A DNA stretch of 64,000 nt from Gammaproteobacteria bacterium (GTDB lineage: Bacteria > Pseudomonadota > Gammaproteobacteria > CAJXQU01). The notes beneath the pieces are model-generated. The model did not search any database and was not told where the DNA came from. It saw only the letters and a program-made list of their open reading frames with translations. Where the stretch lies: NCBI GenBank assembly GCA_965238175.1, contig CBDEGZ010000003.1, positions 1,376,001 to 1,440,000 of the forward strand, given 5' to 3'. The translations under genes and the position numbers were made by a program. Position 1 is the first letter of the stretch. Each line of letters opens with the position of its first letter. Shown piece after piece: positions 11,261 through 20,499 of the stretch.

Positions 11261-11977
11261 ATGAAAAAATTTCATATAGAAGAAAGAGTTAGCGAACTAC
11301 ACTTGAAGATTTGGGAGAAGTATAAAGAGAAAATCCGAGGTGGTGGGCTAGAATTTATCGATTGTCTCTCACCTGAAATTGCGTGTGATCTTCTTGGTAT
11401 TTACTACGAAGAGTCAGAGCGGCTTGGTAATTTTGGAGATGATAAAGGACGTTTCGAGGTCGCTGGATGCGTTGATATTAAGCAAAAAGAAATTTATGTT
11501 TCAAAGGTTTTTCCAGCAAGAGCTAGACGTTTTACTGCTGGTCATGAAATTGGGCATTACTGTCTTCATTCTGATCAACTTGGAATAATGCATAAGGATC
11601 GGCCTGTAGGTTTTTCCAATACTCAGAAGATAAGGCAACCGTTACGGGAAAGGGAAGCTGAATATTTTAGTGCTTGTTATTACATGCCTGCTAAGGTTAT
11701 CAAAAGAGAATTTGAATTTAGATTTGGAAAAGTACCTTTCCAAGTAAATGGAGCTGCAGCTTATTGGCTTAGTCCAAGTGAACCTGATGTTTTATTAAAT
11801 TCAGGTGAGGAAAATGTAGCAAAAGCAATTGCTTCATGTGAGAATTTTAATAATAAACCAATCATCTCTATTGCTGATAGGTTTCAAATATCTAGTCAAG
11901 CCATGGCTATTCGTTTAATAGAATTAGGTATGTTTAACTTAGATAGTCAATCCCAATTCCAGAACAATTGGATGTAA
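11261..11977 (+). CDS. ImmA/IrrE family metallo-endopeptidase
   Basis: RRFTAGHEIGH (HExxH) plus EREAEYFS..MP; C-terminal IADRFQIS..A..IRL. Confidence 0.85.
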   Translation: MKKFHIEERVSELHLKIWEKYKEKIRGGGLEFIDCLSPEIACDLLGIYYEESERLGNFGDDKGRFEVAGCVDIKQKEIYVSKVFPARARRFTAGHEIGHYCLHSDQLGIMHKDRPVGFSNTQKIRQPLREREAEYFSACYYMPAKVIKREFEFRFGKVPFQVNGAAAYWLSPSEPDVLLNSGEENVAKAIASCENFNNKPIISIADRFQISSQAMAIRLIELGMFNLDSQSQFQNNWM

Positions 11978-12111
11978 TGTTATCGGTTTGCTAAATTTTC
12001 ATTGAATTATAGTATTTTCATATTCATTTTTTTTGCAAATAATAGTGATTTAAAAGATCGTAACCAGATTTGATTATTTAAATAAATATAGGTATTCAAT
12101 TAAAACTATTT

Positions 12112-14019
12112 ATGAAAGCGGCCTATTTTATTGGTTTTGTTTTTCTTTTATTTTCAATCTTTTTTTCATCTAAACTTTTTGACCAAGAACATTGTCTCGA
12201 ACTAGATAAAGGACTACAAGTTTGTGCTGCTAGTGATATGGCGAAGATTACTCGAACTGGAAAAACACCTTTCGAAGATGAAGCCTTTGACCTTTCAAAA
12301 GGAGAATTAATTCTTGATGCCGCACGTAATGAAACCATCGCTTTTCAGCTTATTTTAAAAACCAAAAAACCGCAACTTACTACAGAAGTAAAAATCAGTT
12401 TTAATGATTTCACCGGATCTAAAAACACAGTTATAGACTCAACAAAAAACGTTAGTCTTTTTAAGGCGCATTACCATTGGGTTGAATTCGGGAGCTATTA
12501 TTGGGGGACGAAAAGTGAAGTGCTCGATTGGCCAGATGACTACCCTGATGCCTTAATTCCGCAATTGAATACATGTCAAAGTTTTGAACAGAATATTGAA
12601 CAGATTAAAGCTCAAAGTGATCAAATATTAAATTTCGAAACAATTTCCCTTCCACAAAAAAGCGACGAGAACCAATCGGTTTGGATTGATATTTTTATTC
12701 CAAAAGATAAACCTTCAGGTGAGTATAAAACGTCTATAAAAATTCAATCAGGAAAGTTTATTAAAAAGATCCCATTAACGGTAAAAGTTTGGGATGCGAC
12801 TCTACCAGATAAGCCAACTATTGATGCGGTTGGTGAATTATATGACAGCTACGAGCAGGAAGGATTAGGTAGAGATTTTAGTCACGAAAAATGGAAAAAA
12901 ATGTCTCATTGTTATCAACAAATGGCGCATAGACATCGCATGGTTTTTATTGAACGTCTTTCTGTAAAACAAGGTGAGGCTTGGGATAATTATAATAAAA
13001 TTTATGACCCGATTTTGAATGGAAGTTTATTTACAGATCAATATGGTTATGTTGGCCCAGGTGTTAATACACCGGTTGCAATTTGGCGTACTCCGTGGCT
13101 ACAAAATTATAATGCGAGAGTTGCTAAACCTATTTCTGATCAGAAGATAGAAAGTTATGAATTTCTAGCCAAAAGTTGGTTAAAAAACATTGAGCAGAAC
13201 AACTGGGATAAAACCGATTTCTTTGCTTATATTTTCGATGAGGTTGATGGTGCAACTGATGGAGATAAGTTGGGTGATGTTGGTGAAGATTATATTTCCA
13301 TGGTGCACCAGCAAATGGATCGTGTGCAGAAAGCGATCGATAAAGGAATGAAAAAATCCCAAAATAATAAAACAAACAATAATAAATCGATAGATTTGAT
13401 TTGGACTAGTCATACAGATCCACAGACATGGCAAGGAATGGTGAGTGAAGATCTACAAGATATTATTCGTTTATGGGCACCAAGCGCGAATAGCGCAAAT
13501 GTCGATTATCTAACAGAACGTAAAAGTGAAGGCGATAAGATTTGGTTTTATCATAACGGCCATCCAGCAGTTGGCATTCATAGTATTAACGCTTCTGGAA
13601 TTGAAATGAGGAGCTGGGGTGTGATCACGGCAAAATATAATTTTGATGGTCATTTCATGTGGGCATTAAATCTATCAGATCAAGAGAAACCGTATCATTA
13701 CCCTAGTTATAAAAAAGAAGATGATCGGTTTGGAAATGGAACGATGGTTTATGCTGGAAACAAGCTTGGTACGATAGGAATGGAACCAATACCAGGCCCG
13801 ATTCCAACGATGCGTCTTAAGGCCTGGCGACGAGGCTTACAGGATGCGGAACTGATTCTGTTGGCTAAAAAATCTGGTTATCAAAAAGAAGTTGATCAGA
13901 TGTTAGAAAAATTAATTCCAACTGCTTTATCTAAAGGGCAAGGGCAAGCGAGTTGGTCTGATAATCCACAAGACTGGATCAAATTCCATCGTGAATTATT
14001 AAGGCTTGTTTCTAATTAA
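12112..14019 (+). CDS. Secreted DUF4091/GH123-like glycoside-hydrolase-type protein
   Basis: N-terminal signal/TM, ARNETIAFQL, YIFDE, C-terminal TMRLKAWRRGLQD typical of DUF4091. Confidence 0.6.
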   Translation: MKAAYFIGFVFLLFSIFFSSKLFDQEHCLELDKGLQVCAASDMAKITRTGKTPFEDEAFDLSKGELILDAARNETIAFQLILKTKKPQLTTEVKISFNDFTGSKNTVIDSTKNVSLFKAHYHWVEFGSYYWGTKSEVLDWPDDYPDALIPQLNTCQSFEQNIEQIKAQSDQILNFETISLPQKSDENQSVWIDIFIPKDKPSGEYKTSIKIQSGKFIKKIPLTVKVWDATLPDKPTIDAVGELYDSYEQEGLGRDFSHEKWKKMSHCYQQMAHRHRMVFIERLSVKQGEAWDNYNKIYDPILNGSLFTDQYGYVGPGVNTPVAIWRTPWLQNYNARVAKPISDQKIESYEFLAKSWLKNIEQNNWDKTDFFAYIFDEVDGATDGDKLGDVGEDYISMVHQQMDRVQKAIDKGMKKSQNNKTNNNKSIDLIWTSHTDPQTWQGMVSEDLQDIIRLWAPSANSANVDYLTERKSEGDKIWFYHNGHPAVGIHSINASGIEMRSWGVITAKYNFDGHFMWALNLSDQEKPYHYPSYKKEDDRFGNGTMVYAGNKLGTIGMEPIPGPIPTMRLKAWRRGLQDAELILLAKKSGYQKEVDQMLEKLIPTALSKGQGQASWSDNPQDWIKFHRELLRLVSN

Positions 14020-14106
14020 CCTGATGTGATGGTCTCCTCCCCCTAACGGCATCTAGGTGCCATGATTGAACTGACATACACACAATCAAAAGAGGAGAAG
14101 ACCAAA

Positions 14107-15120
14107 ATGAAGACTACAACAATCGGGTTAGACATAGCAAAAAACGTATTTCATGCTGTCTGCTGTAATCAACAAGGGCGTATAATCAAAAAGAAAATGT
14201 TAAAGCGAGCGCAGGTACTCTCCTTTTTTCAATCTCAACCTCCTTGTTTAGTCGCAATAGAATCTTGTGCAACGTCACAGTATTGGGCCCGAGCGATACA
14301 ACAACAGGGACATCAGGTGAAATTACTACCACCTCAGCATGTTAACGCATTTCTAATCGGCAATAAGAATGATTATAACGATGCCTTGGCCATCGCCGTT
14401 GCTGCGAAACAACCTCATTTAAAAAGTGTGGGCATTAAATCAGTTGAGCAACAAGACAACCAGGCACAACATAAAGCAAGAGACTTAGCGGTCAGACAAA
14501 GAACCGCATTATGTAACCAAATGAGAGCGCTTGTTGCAGAATATGGCATTAGCCTTCGTCCCGGCCTAAATACCCTACGTCAATCTATCCCGTTGCTATT
14601 AAGTGATGAGAACGAACGGTTGTCCGTTACTTTCAAAAGGATACTGCGCCAGCTAAAGGAACAATGGCAATCACTTGATGCCTGTATTGCGACATTTGAC
14701 CAATTGATCATTCAATCGGCAAAAAACAATGCGATTTGCCAACGCTTACAAACTATTCCAGGGTTTGGGCCGATGGTCTCGAGCGCGTATTTTAATGAAG
14801 TGGGAAACGGCGCTCATTATCACAAAGGGCGCGATGTGTCCGCCTCATTAGGACTTGTTCCACGACAGTACAGTAGTGGTGGTAAAGAGGTGCTACTGGG
14901 GATCAGTAAACGCGGCAATAAATACCTTCGTTGTTTGTTAATTCTAGGCGCGAAGGCCGTGGTATCAAGAGCCAAAACGAAAGGCGATAAACTGAGTCAA
15001 TGGATTAATCGTTTAGTTGAGACGCGGGGGCATAATCGAGCGTGTGTGGCGTATGCCAACAAAATGGCAAGAATGGCCTGGGCTATAACGGTTTCTGGTG
15101 ATGACTACTCACCGGCCTAA
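14107..15120 (+). CDS. IS110-family DEDD recombinase/transposase
   Basis: IGLDIAK, AIES, KNDYNDA, GLVPRQYSSGGK (catalytic Ser); GAGGAG RBS before ATG 14107. Confidence 0.95.
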   Translation: MKTTTIGLDIAKNVFHAVCCNQQGRIIKKKMLKRAQVLSFFQSQPPCLVAIESCATSQYWARAIQQQGHQVKLLPPQHVNAFLIGNKNDYNDALAIAVAAKQPHLKSVGIKSVEQQDNQAQHKARDLAVRQRTALCNQMRALVAEYGISLRPGLNTLRQSIPLLLSDENERLSVTFKRILRQLKEQWQSLDACIATFDQLIIQSAKNNAICQRLQTIPGFGPMVSSAYFNEVGNGAHYHKGRDVSASLGLVPRQYSSGGKEVLLGISKRGNKYLRCLLILGAKAVVSRAKTKGDKLSQWINRLVETRGHNRACVAYANKMARMAWAITVSGDDYSPA

Positions 15121-15124
15121 ATAG

Positions 15125-15340
15125 AGAGAACAAATCATTTCAACGAATTGCGAAGGTAAAACTAAAGATGGCATAACAGGTCAAACCAGCCTATTGAAAA
15201 CCTGTCGAGCTCAGGGGTAACTAATACCGATAACCTGATAAGGAAAATAGGCGCGTAATACATCCAGGTCAGAAGTTGAAAACTTCATTGAAGGCCGTAT
15301 ATATGACAGCAATCCTGTCCCTGTTATCTGAATGTTTTAT
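15125..15340 (+). ncRNA. Putative bridge/seek RNA of the IS1111-type element
   Basis: Segments matching the target (GAGCTCAGG 15207-15, TAACCTGA 15231-38) lie inside a GCCTATT/AATAGGC stem; segments matching the donor junction (ACATC 15260-64, ATATATGA 15299-306) flank a hairpin; RNA ends approximate. Confidence 0.7.
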
Positions 15341-15403
15341 CTTGCAATACGGGAGGAGACCATATATGAATTCGGGATAAGAATGACTATAAAAACATTA
15401 AAG

Positions 15404-16629
15404 TGTAGAAATTCAGATTTGATCTGACAGTTACCCAATTATCAGTAACCGACTGTCAGGTTAAGTTTAATTCACAAACTTTTCCTTCCAGATAGCTTGT
15501 CCGTCGATGAGTGTTTCCATCGGCGTCCTCCCGCAGCACATTTTGCCTTGGTGAGTTCGTTGAGTATTGTATTTGAGCAACCATTCGTCAAGGTCGAGTT
15601 GCAGTTCATCAATCGATTGGTAAATTTTCTTACGCAAAGCGACTTGATAAAACTCATTGAGGATCGTCTTATGGAATCGCTCACAAATACCATTCGTCTG
15701 AGGTGATTTGACCTTGGTTTTGGTGTGTTCGATATTGTTCAACGCCATATAAAGCTGATAATCATGCTGGTCAGCTCGCCCACAATACTCCGTCCCTCTA
15801 TCTGTCAAAATGCGCAACATAGGCAAACGTTGTTGTTCGTAGAATGGGAGGACGCGGTCATTGAGCATGTCAGCTGCCGTAATCGGTGTTTTAGTCGGGT
15901 ACAGTTTCGCGTGAGCGACCTTGCTGTAAGTATCAACAAACGTTTGTTGATAAACCCGACCAATGCCTTTGAAAGTACCGACATAGTAAGTATCTTGCGA
16001 GCCAAGATAACCAGGGTGTGCCGTCTCTATCTCGCCACAAGCCTCATCGTCGTCTTTCTTGCGTTCCATCGCCGCGACTTGAGACTCAGTGAGGATCAAG
16101 CCTTCACCAGCTACCTTATCAGACAATGCCTTCAGGCGATCTTTAAAGCAAGCAAGACCATGACGAAGCCAGATACAACGAACGCCACTGGGTGAGACAA
16201 ATGTTCCCCGTTTGCGCAGCTCGTTACTGGTGCGCGTTTGACCATGTGCGGGCTCTTCCAGTGCATACTCGAGCACAACGGTTTCAATAGCCGGGTCGAT
16301 TCTGTTTTTAAGATTTGGGGTACGCCGATTACGATCAAACAAGGCTTCTACACCGCCTTCATCAGCCGCTTCTTTGTAGCGATAAAATGTATCTCTGGAC
16401 AAACCCATCATCTTGCAGGCTTTTGAGACATTGCCGAGTTCTTCAGCGAGATTGAGTAGACCAACTTTATGTTTTATAACTTTGTCATTAGTATGAATCA
16501 TGAGAGTTACCTCTTTGTGTTTTGATGTTTACGTTGCAGTTACATCAAAGCGGGTAACTCTCACTAAATCAAGCGTCGCTACGCTCCGCTTGATTTAGTG
16601 ATGTGTCAGATTGGGTCTAAACTTCTACA
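15404..16629 (-). mobile_element. IS481-family insertion sequence
   Basis: 26-bp imperfect terminal IRs TGTAGAAATTCAGATTTGATCTGACA / TGTCAGATTGGGTCTAAACTTCTACA; no target duplication seen. Confidence 0.9.
15467..16501 (-). CDS. IS481-family transposase (HTH + rve DDE)
   Basis: NVSKAC..G.SRDTFYR HTH, GSQDT, LTDRGTEYCG, PQTNGICERF. Confidence 0.95.
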   Translation of the reverse strand: MIHTNDKVIKHKVGLLNLAEELGNVSKACKMMGLSRDTFYRYKEAADEGGVEALFDRNRRTPNLKNRIDPAIETVVLEYALEEPAHGQTRTSNELRKRGTFVSPSGVRCIWLRHGLACFKDRLKALSDKVAGEGLILTESQVAAMERKKDDDEACGEIETAHPGYLGSQDTYYVGTFKGIGRVYQQTFVDTYSKVAHAKLYPTKTPITAADMLNDRVLPFYEQQRLPMLRILTDRGTEYCGRADQHDYQLYMALNNIEHTKTKVKSPQTNGICERFHKTILNEFYQVALRKKIYQSIDELQLDLDEWLLKYNTQRTHQGKMCCGRTPMETLIDGQAIWKEKFVN

Positions 16630-16866
16630 ACTTATGGTTGTGTTCCTGTGGTTCCAGATCGGCTTGCTTATCGTGAGTTTATAACTGATCAATTTCGTTA
16701 TGTTTCTTATTTTGATGATGCAGAAAAAGAGGTACAGGAATTAGCCAATCAATTAGAAAGTTTGTCGCAGGATTTTGAAAATAATAATTTGATCGAAGCA
16801 CTCGATTTATCGACATTATATTGGGAAAATTTAAAACAAAAATATCGGCAGGAATTCTCATTGTGA
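16630..16866 (+). pseudogene. C-terminal remnant of a GT-B glycosyltransferase (DUF3524/GTDC1-like) truncated by IS481
   Basis: Frame right after the IS end reads TYGCVPVVPDRLAYREF, resembling the GC.P..PDRL.Y.E motif of this family; no N-terminal part nearby. Confidence 0.55.
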
Positions 16867-17207
16867 ACAATAAAAAAGATCAAAAAATTCGTGAAAAGCT
16901 GATGGCGATAAGAGACGAAATTTTATCAACTGAAGAAACCGGCAATGATGCAACTAAAGTCGTTGAGTTAGATCAATCAAGTGTTGGTCGGCTTTCCCGC
17001 ATGGATGCAATGCAAGCGCAAGCGATGTCATTAGAATTAAAACGAAGACGCGAGTTGGAATTAAAAAAGATTAGTGGAGTATTACTAAGACTGGATTCTG
17101 GAGGTTATGGTTTCTGCGTCGCTTGTGATGAAGAAATTTCTGCCGGACGCTTGGATTTTGATCCCACAACGCCGTTGTGTCTCGATTGTGCGGAACAAAA
17201 AGACTAG
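16863..17207 (+). CDS. TraR/DksA C4-type zinc finger protein
   Basis: VELDQSSVGRLSRMDAMQ, YGFCVACDEEI...RL..P...CLDC; GTG start overlaps the upstream stop. Confidence 0.9.
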   Translation: MNNKKDQKIREKLMAIRDEILSTEETGNDATKVVELDQSSVGRLSRMDAMQAQAMSLELKRRRELELKKISGVLLRLDSGGYGFCVACDEEISAGRLDFDPTTPLCLDCAEQKD

Positions 17208-17268
17208 GGGCTGATCCAGATAATACAACTTGAAGTATTATCTTAAAGATAAGAAGTCGTCGTTTAAG

Positions 17269-17344
17269 TAACCTGATGTGATGGTCTCCTCCCCCTAACG
17301 GCATCTAGGTGCCGTTAGGGGGAGGAGACCATCACATCAGGTTA
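17269..17344. repeat. 76-bp near-perfect palindrome made of two inverted IS1111 left ends
   Basis: 17269-17313 identical to 14017-14061; second arm is its reverse complement, joined at GGCATCTAGGTGCC. Confidence 0.95.
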
Positions 17345-17470
17345 TTTATGTTGACGAATAAGGCAGAATTTATGCCATTGTCTTGAGAAACTTGGTAGAT
17401 GTCACTCACTGACGAGCTTATTTGCGGACGGCTAGAAATTACCGGGGGTAGTTACTCAGATATTTCTAAT

Positions 17471-18364
17471 TTAATGAAGTGAAGAATTCCCGTCACTGAT
17501 CTGGCTATCGAAAACGCGTTCGACATCGATGGCATCTAACGAATATTGTGTATTACAGAAATCGCAGTTAATTTCGATTTTTGTATGTTCGACAATAATT
17601 TTATTGGCTTCAGATTTTCCAATTGATTGGATCATTTCTTCAATCTTTTGTTGGGAACACGAGCATTGATAGCGGATATCTTTTGGTTCAAACAAGCGTA
17701 AATTTTCTTCATGAAACAGACGATGAAGTAGTGTTTTTATATCTAAAGTTAATAACTCTTCTGCTTTAACAGTGTCACTAAGGGCAACTGAGCGATCCCA
17801 ACCGTCGTCATCTAGAATATTAGTCTGATCATATTTTTGATCGGGCAAACTCTGCAATAACAAACCTGCAGCTGAACTGTGATCAGCGGCGAGATGTACT
17901 TTGGTTTGCAATTGTTCAGAATGCTCAAAGTAGGTCTGTAAACAATCGGAGAGAGTTTTGCCTTCAAGGTTGGTGATCCCTTGATATCGTTCGTTATCTT
18001 TATCCGTAATCACTGAAATGACAATTTGACCTTCACCAAATAGATCCGGAAAATCAGACTCTGACAGATCATTTTCTTCCGATTCCCAATTAGCCATACC
18101 ACGAATTTCACCTTCGGAAGTGGCTTGCATAACTAACATTGAGACTGGCCCGCTACCGTTGATCTGCAATATTAGTGAGCCTTCAAATTTGATCGTGGCT
18201 GATAATAGACAGACGGCTGCAGCGGCTTCCCCAAGTACGTTTTGCAAAGCGGCCGGATAAACAGTATTACTGAGGATTTCTCCCCAGGCTTTGTCAAGAT
18301 GCACCCATTCGCCACGAATCTGGGTATTTTCGATCAAAAATCGGTGTAGGGTATCTTGTTCCAT
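17471..18364 (-). CDS. hslO: Hsp33 redox-regulated chaperone
   Basis: RYQG, YFEHSEQL, C-terminal CSCS...CDFC zinc centre. Confidence 0.95.
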   Translation of the reverse strand: MEQDTLHRFLIENTQIRGEWVHLDKAWGEILSNTVYPAALQNVLGEAAAAVCLLSATIKFEGSLILQINGSGPVSMLVMQATSEGEIRGMANWESEENDLSESDFPDLFGEGQIVISVITDKDNERYQGITNLEGKTLSDCLQTYFEHSEQLQTKVHLAADHSSAAGLLLQSLPDQKYDQTNILDDDGWDRSVALSDTVKAEELLTLDIKTLLHRLFHEENLRLFEPKDIRYQCSCSQQKIEEMIQSIGKSEANKIIVEHTKIEINCDFCNTQYSLDAIDVERVFDSQISDGNSSLH

Positions 18365-18365
18365 T

Positions 18366-19883
18366 TTAGCTCGTCTTTTTTTCTAAAATGATCTTCTGCC
18401 ATTCTTTCGGTCCTGTTTGATGAACCGCAGAACCATTCACATCAACAGCGACAGTAACAGGCATGTCTTCCACTTCAAATTCATGAATAGCTTCCATACC
18501 CATATCTTCAAAAGCAACAACGTGTGATTTTTTGATCGCTTTGGAGACGAGATAGGCAGAACCACCAACAGCCATCAGATAAACCGCTTTATGTTTTTTG
18601 ATCGACTCGATAGCAATAGGGCCACGCTCTGCTTTGCCGACCATGCCTATTAAACCGGTTTCAGCTAGCATCATTTCTGTGAATTTATCCATTCGTGTTG
18701 CTGTTGTAGGACCTGCAGGGCCTACAATTTCATCGCGTACAGCATCAACTGGCCCGACGTAATATATAAAGCGATTGTTAAAATCGACACCGTCAGGTAG
18801 GGCTTCACCTCTTGCAAACATGTCTTGAATACGTTTGTGTGCGGCATCACGCCCGGTGAGCATTTTGCCGGAGAGTAATAATGTTTGCCCTGGTTTCCAA
18901 GTGGCGGTTTCTTCACGGGTGATCGTATCAAGATTTACCTTCTTCGCAGTGGGACCAACATCCCAGGTGATCTCTGGCCAGTCGTCAAGATTCGGTGGGG
19001 TTTGTAAAGCTGGGCCCGAACCATCCAATACAAAATGTGCGTGTCGGGTTGCGGCACAATTAGGGATCATCGCGACCGGAAGATTGGCTGCGTGAGTTGG
19101 GTAATCCATGATCTTAACGTCAAGCACCGTTGTTAAGCCACCAAGACCTTGTGCACCGATGCCAAGATCGTTCACTGCATCTATGATCTCGATGCGTAAT
19201 TCTTCAGCACGGTTTTTGGGGCCACGTTCACGTAGCTCATGAATGTCGATGGGATCCATTAATGATTCTTTGGCCATGATCATGGCTTTTTCAGAGGTGC
19301 CACCGATACCAATACCGAGCATACCGGGTGGACACCAGCCAGCACCCATTGTTGGAACTGTTTTGACGACCCAGTCAACAATGCTGTCTGAAGGGTTGAG
19401 CATAACAAATTTAGATTTTGCTTCTGAACCACCACCTTTGGCCGCGACTTGTATATCGACAGTATTACCGGACACGACTTCCATATTGATCACCGCAGGT
19501 GTGTTATCGCCGGTATTTTTTCGGGCACCGGCTGGATCAGACATGATTGATGCACGTAATTTATTATCGGGGTCGTTATAAGCACGACGCACACCTTCAT
19601 TGATCATATCGGCGACACTCATTTGTGCATCCCACTGTACATCCATACCAATTTTAATGAAAACCGTAACAATACCAGTATCTTGGCATATCGGTCGTCT
19701 GCCTTCAGCACACATTCGAGAATTGATCAAAATTTGAGCCATTGCGTCTTTTGCGGCCTGGGATTCTTCTTTCTGATAAGCGGCATGTACCGCTTTGATA
19801 AAATCAATAGGGTGATAACTGGAGATAAATTGTAGCGCGTCAGCAACGCTTTCGATCAGATCTTTTTGTTTGATTAGGGTCAT
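18366..19883 (-). CDS. fumA: Class I (Fe-S) fumarate hydratase
   Basis: PICQDTG, KGGGSE, GWCPP, NCAATRH, GPTTATRM. Confidence 0.93.
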   Translation of the reverse strand: MTLIKQKDLIESVADALQFISSYHPIDFIKAVHAAYQKEESQAAKDAMAQILINSRMCAEGRRPICQDTGIVTVFIKIGMDVQWDAQMSVADMINEGVRRAYNDPDNKLRASIMSDPAGARKNTGDNTPAVINMEVVSGNTVDIQVAAKGGGSEAKSKFVMLNPSDSIVDWVVKTVPTMGAGWCPPGMLGIGIGGTSEKAMIMAKESLMDPIDIHELRERGPKNRAEELRIEIIDAVNDLGIGAQGLGGLTTVLDVKIMDYPTHAANLPVAMIPNCAATRHAHFVLDGSGPALQTPPNLDDWPEITWDVGPTAKKVNLDTITREETATWKPGQTLLLSGKMLTGRDAAHKRIQDMFARGEALPDGVDFNNRFIYYVGPVDAVRDEIVGPAGPTTATRMDKFTEMMLAETGLIGMVGKAERGPIAIESIKKHKAVYLMAVGGSAYLVSKAIKKSHVVAFEDMGMEAIHEFEVEDMPVTVAVDVNGSAVHQTGPKEWQKIILEKKTS

Positions 19884-20071
19884 GGATAACTCGAATAGAT
19901 GGTTAGACGGTGCATTGTATCTCAGGATTGATGGAGGCAGTATTGAAAAAGAATGTTTTACCTTTGGCTTAAAGTGTAAGAAAATGTTAAATACAGCTGG
20001 GCTTTCTTAATAAGCTAGAAGCAAAGTTGTGAATAATTTTAATAATATAATAATAAGAAGGAGGATATTTT

Positions 20072-20341
20072 ATGGAACAGTTAATGCCTTTACTGATCAA
20101 TCTGATCACGGGTGCCGTTGGCGGTAATCTTTTTGGAGCACTTTTAAAGAATTTCAGCCTCGGCACGTTGGGTAATACAATCGCGGGTGTTCTTGGTGGT
20201 GGACTTGGAGGTCAGCTGTTGAGTGGGCCGCTTGGTTCTATGTTAGGTAGTGGAATGATCAGTGGTATTGTGGGTTCATTTGTAGGTGGTGGCGGTTTGA
20301 TGGTGATTATTGGTTTGATAAAATCGATATTAGCCAAATAA
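20072..20341 (+). CDS. Small glycine-rich membrane protein
   Basis: Strong RBS AGGAGG; GAVGGN/GGGLGG glycine-zipper-like helices. Confidence 0.75.
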   Translation: MEQLMPLLINLITGAVGGNLFGALLKNFSLGTLGNTIAGVLGGGLGGQLLSGPLGSMLGSGMISGIVGSFVGGGGLMVIIGLIKSILAK

Positions 20342-20383
20342 TTTTAGCTGAGTCTCTTGCGATCATTTGATCGTAAGGGGTTA

Positions 20384-20495
20384 TATACCGAAACCACTTG
20401 AAAATGCAGATATCAATGCGGCCAAACCGCTACGCAACAAGGCATCGTGTGCAGAGAATGGTGGTTCCGTTTTCAAATGTGCTAACACCGTTGGT
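20384..20495. repeat. Degenerate intergenic repeat/MITE-like remnant
   Basis: Starts TATACCG-AAACCACTTGAAAATGCAG like ERIC-type repeat ends; no intact second end. Confidence 0.35.
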
Positions 20496-20499
20496 AGAT

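Larger units (their letters stand above)
14022..15368 (+). mobile_element. IS110-family (IS1111 group) insertion sequence
   Basis: 13-bp subterminal IRs ATGGTCTCCTCCC (14029-41) / GGGAGGAGACCAT (15351-63), TG core at both ends, long 3' non-coding end. Confidence 0.92.

Noticed and set aside
15383-16866. ATG-ACT-ATA-AAA-ACA-TTA-AAG left of IS481 is in frame with the fragment on its right, suggesting one interrupted gene
   Set aside because: Would give only a ~85-aa product of a much larger family and there is no target duplication; a 1-in-3 frame coincidence is sufficient
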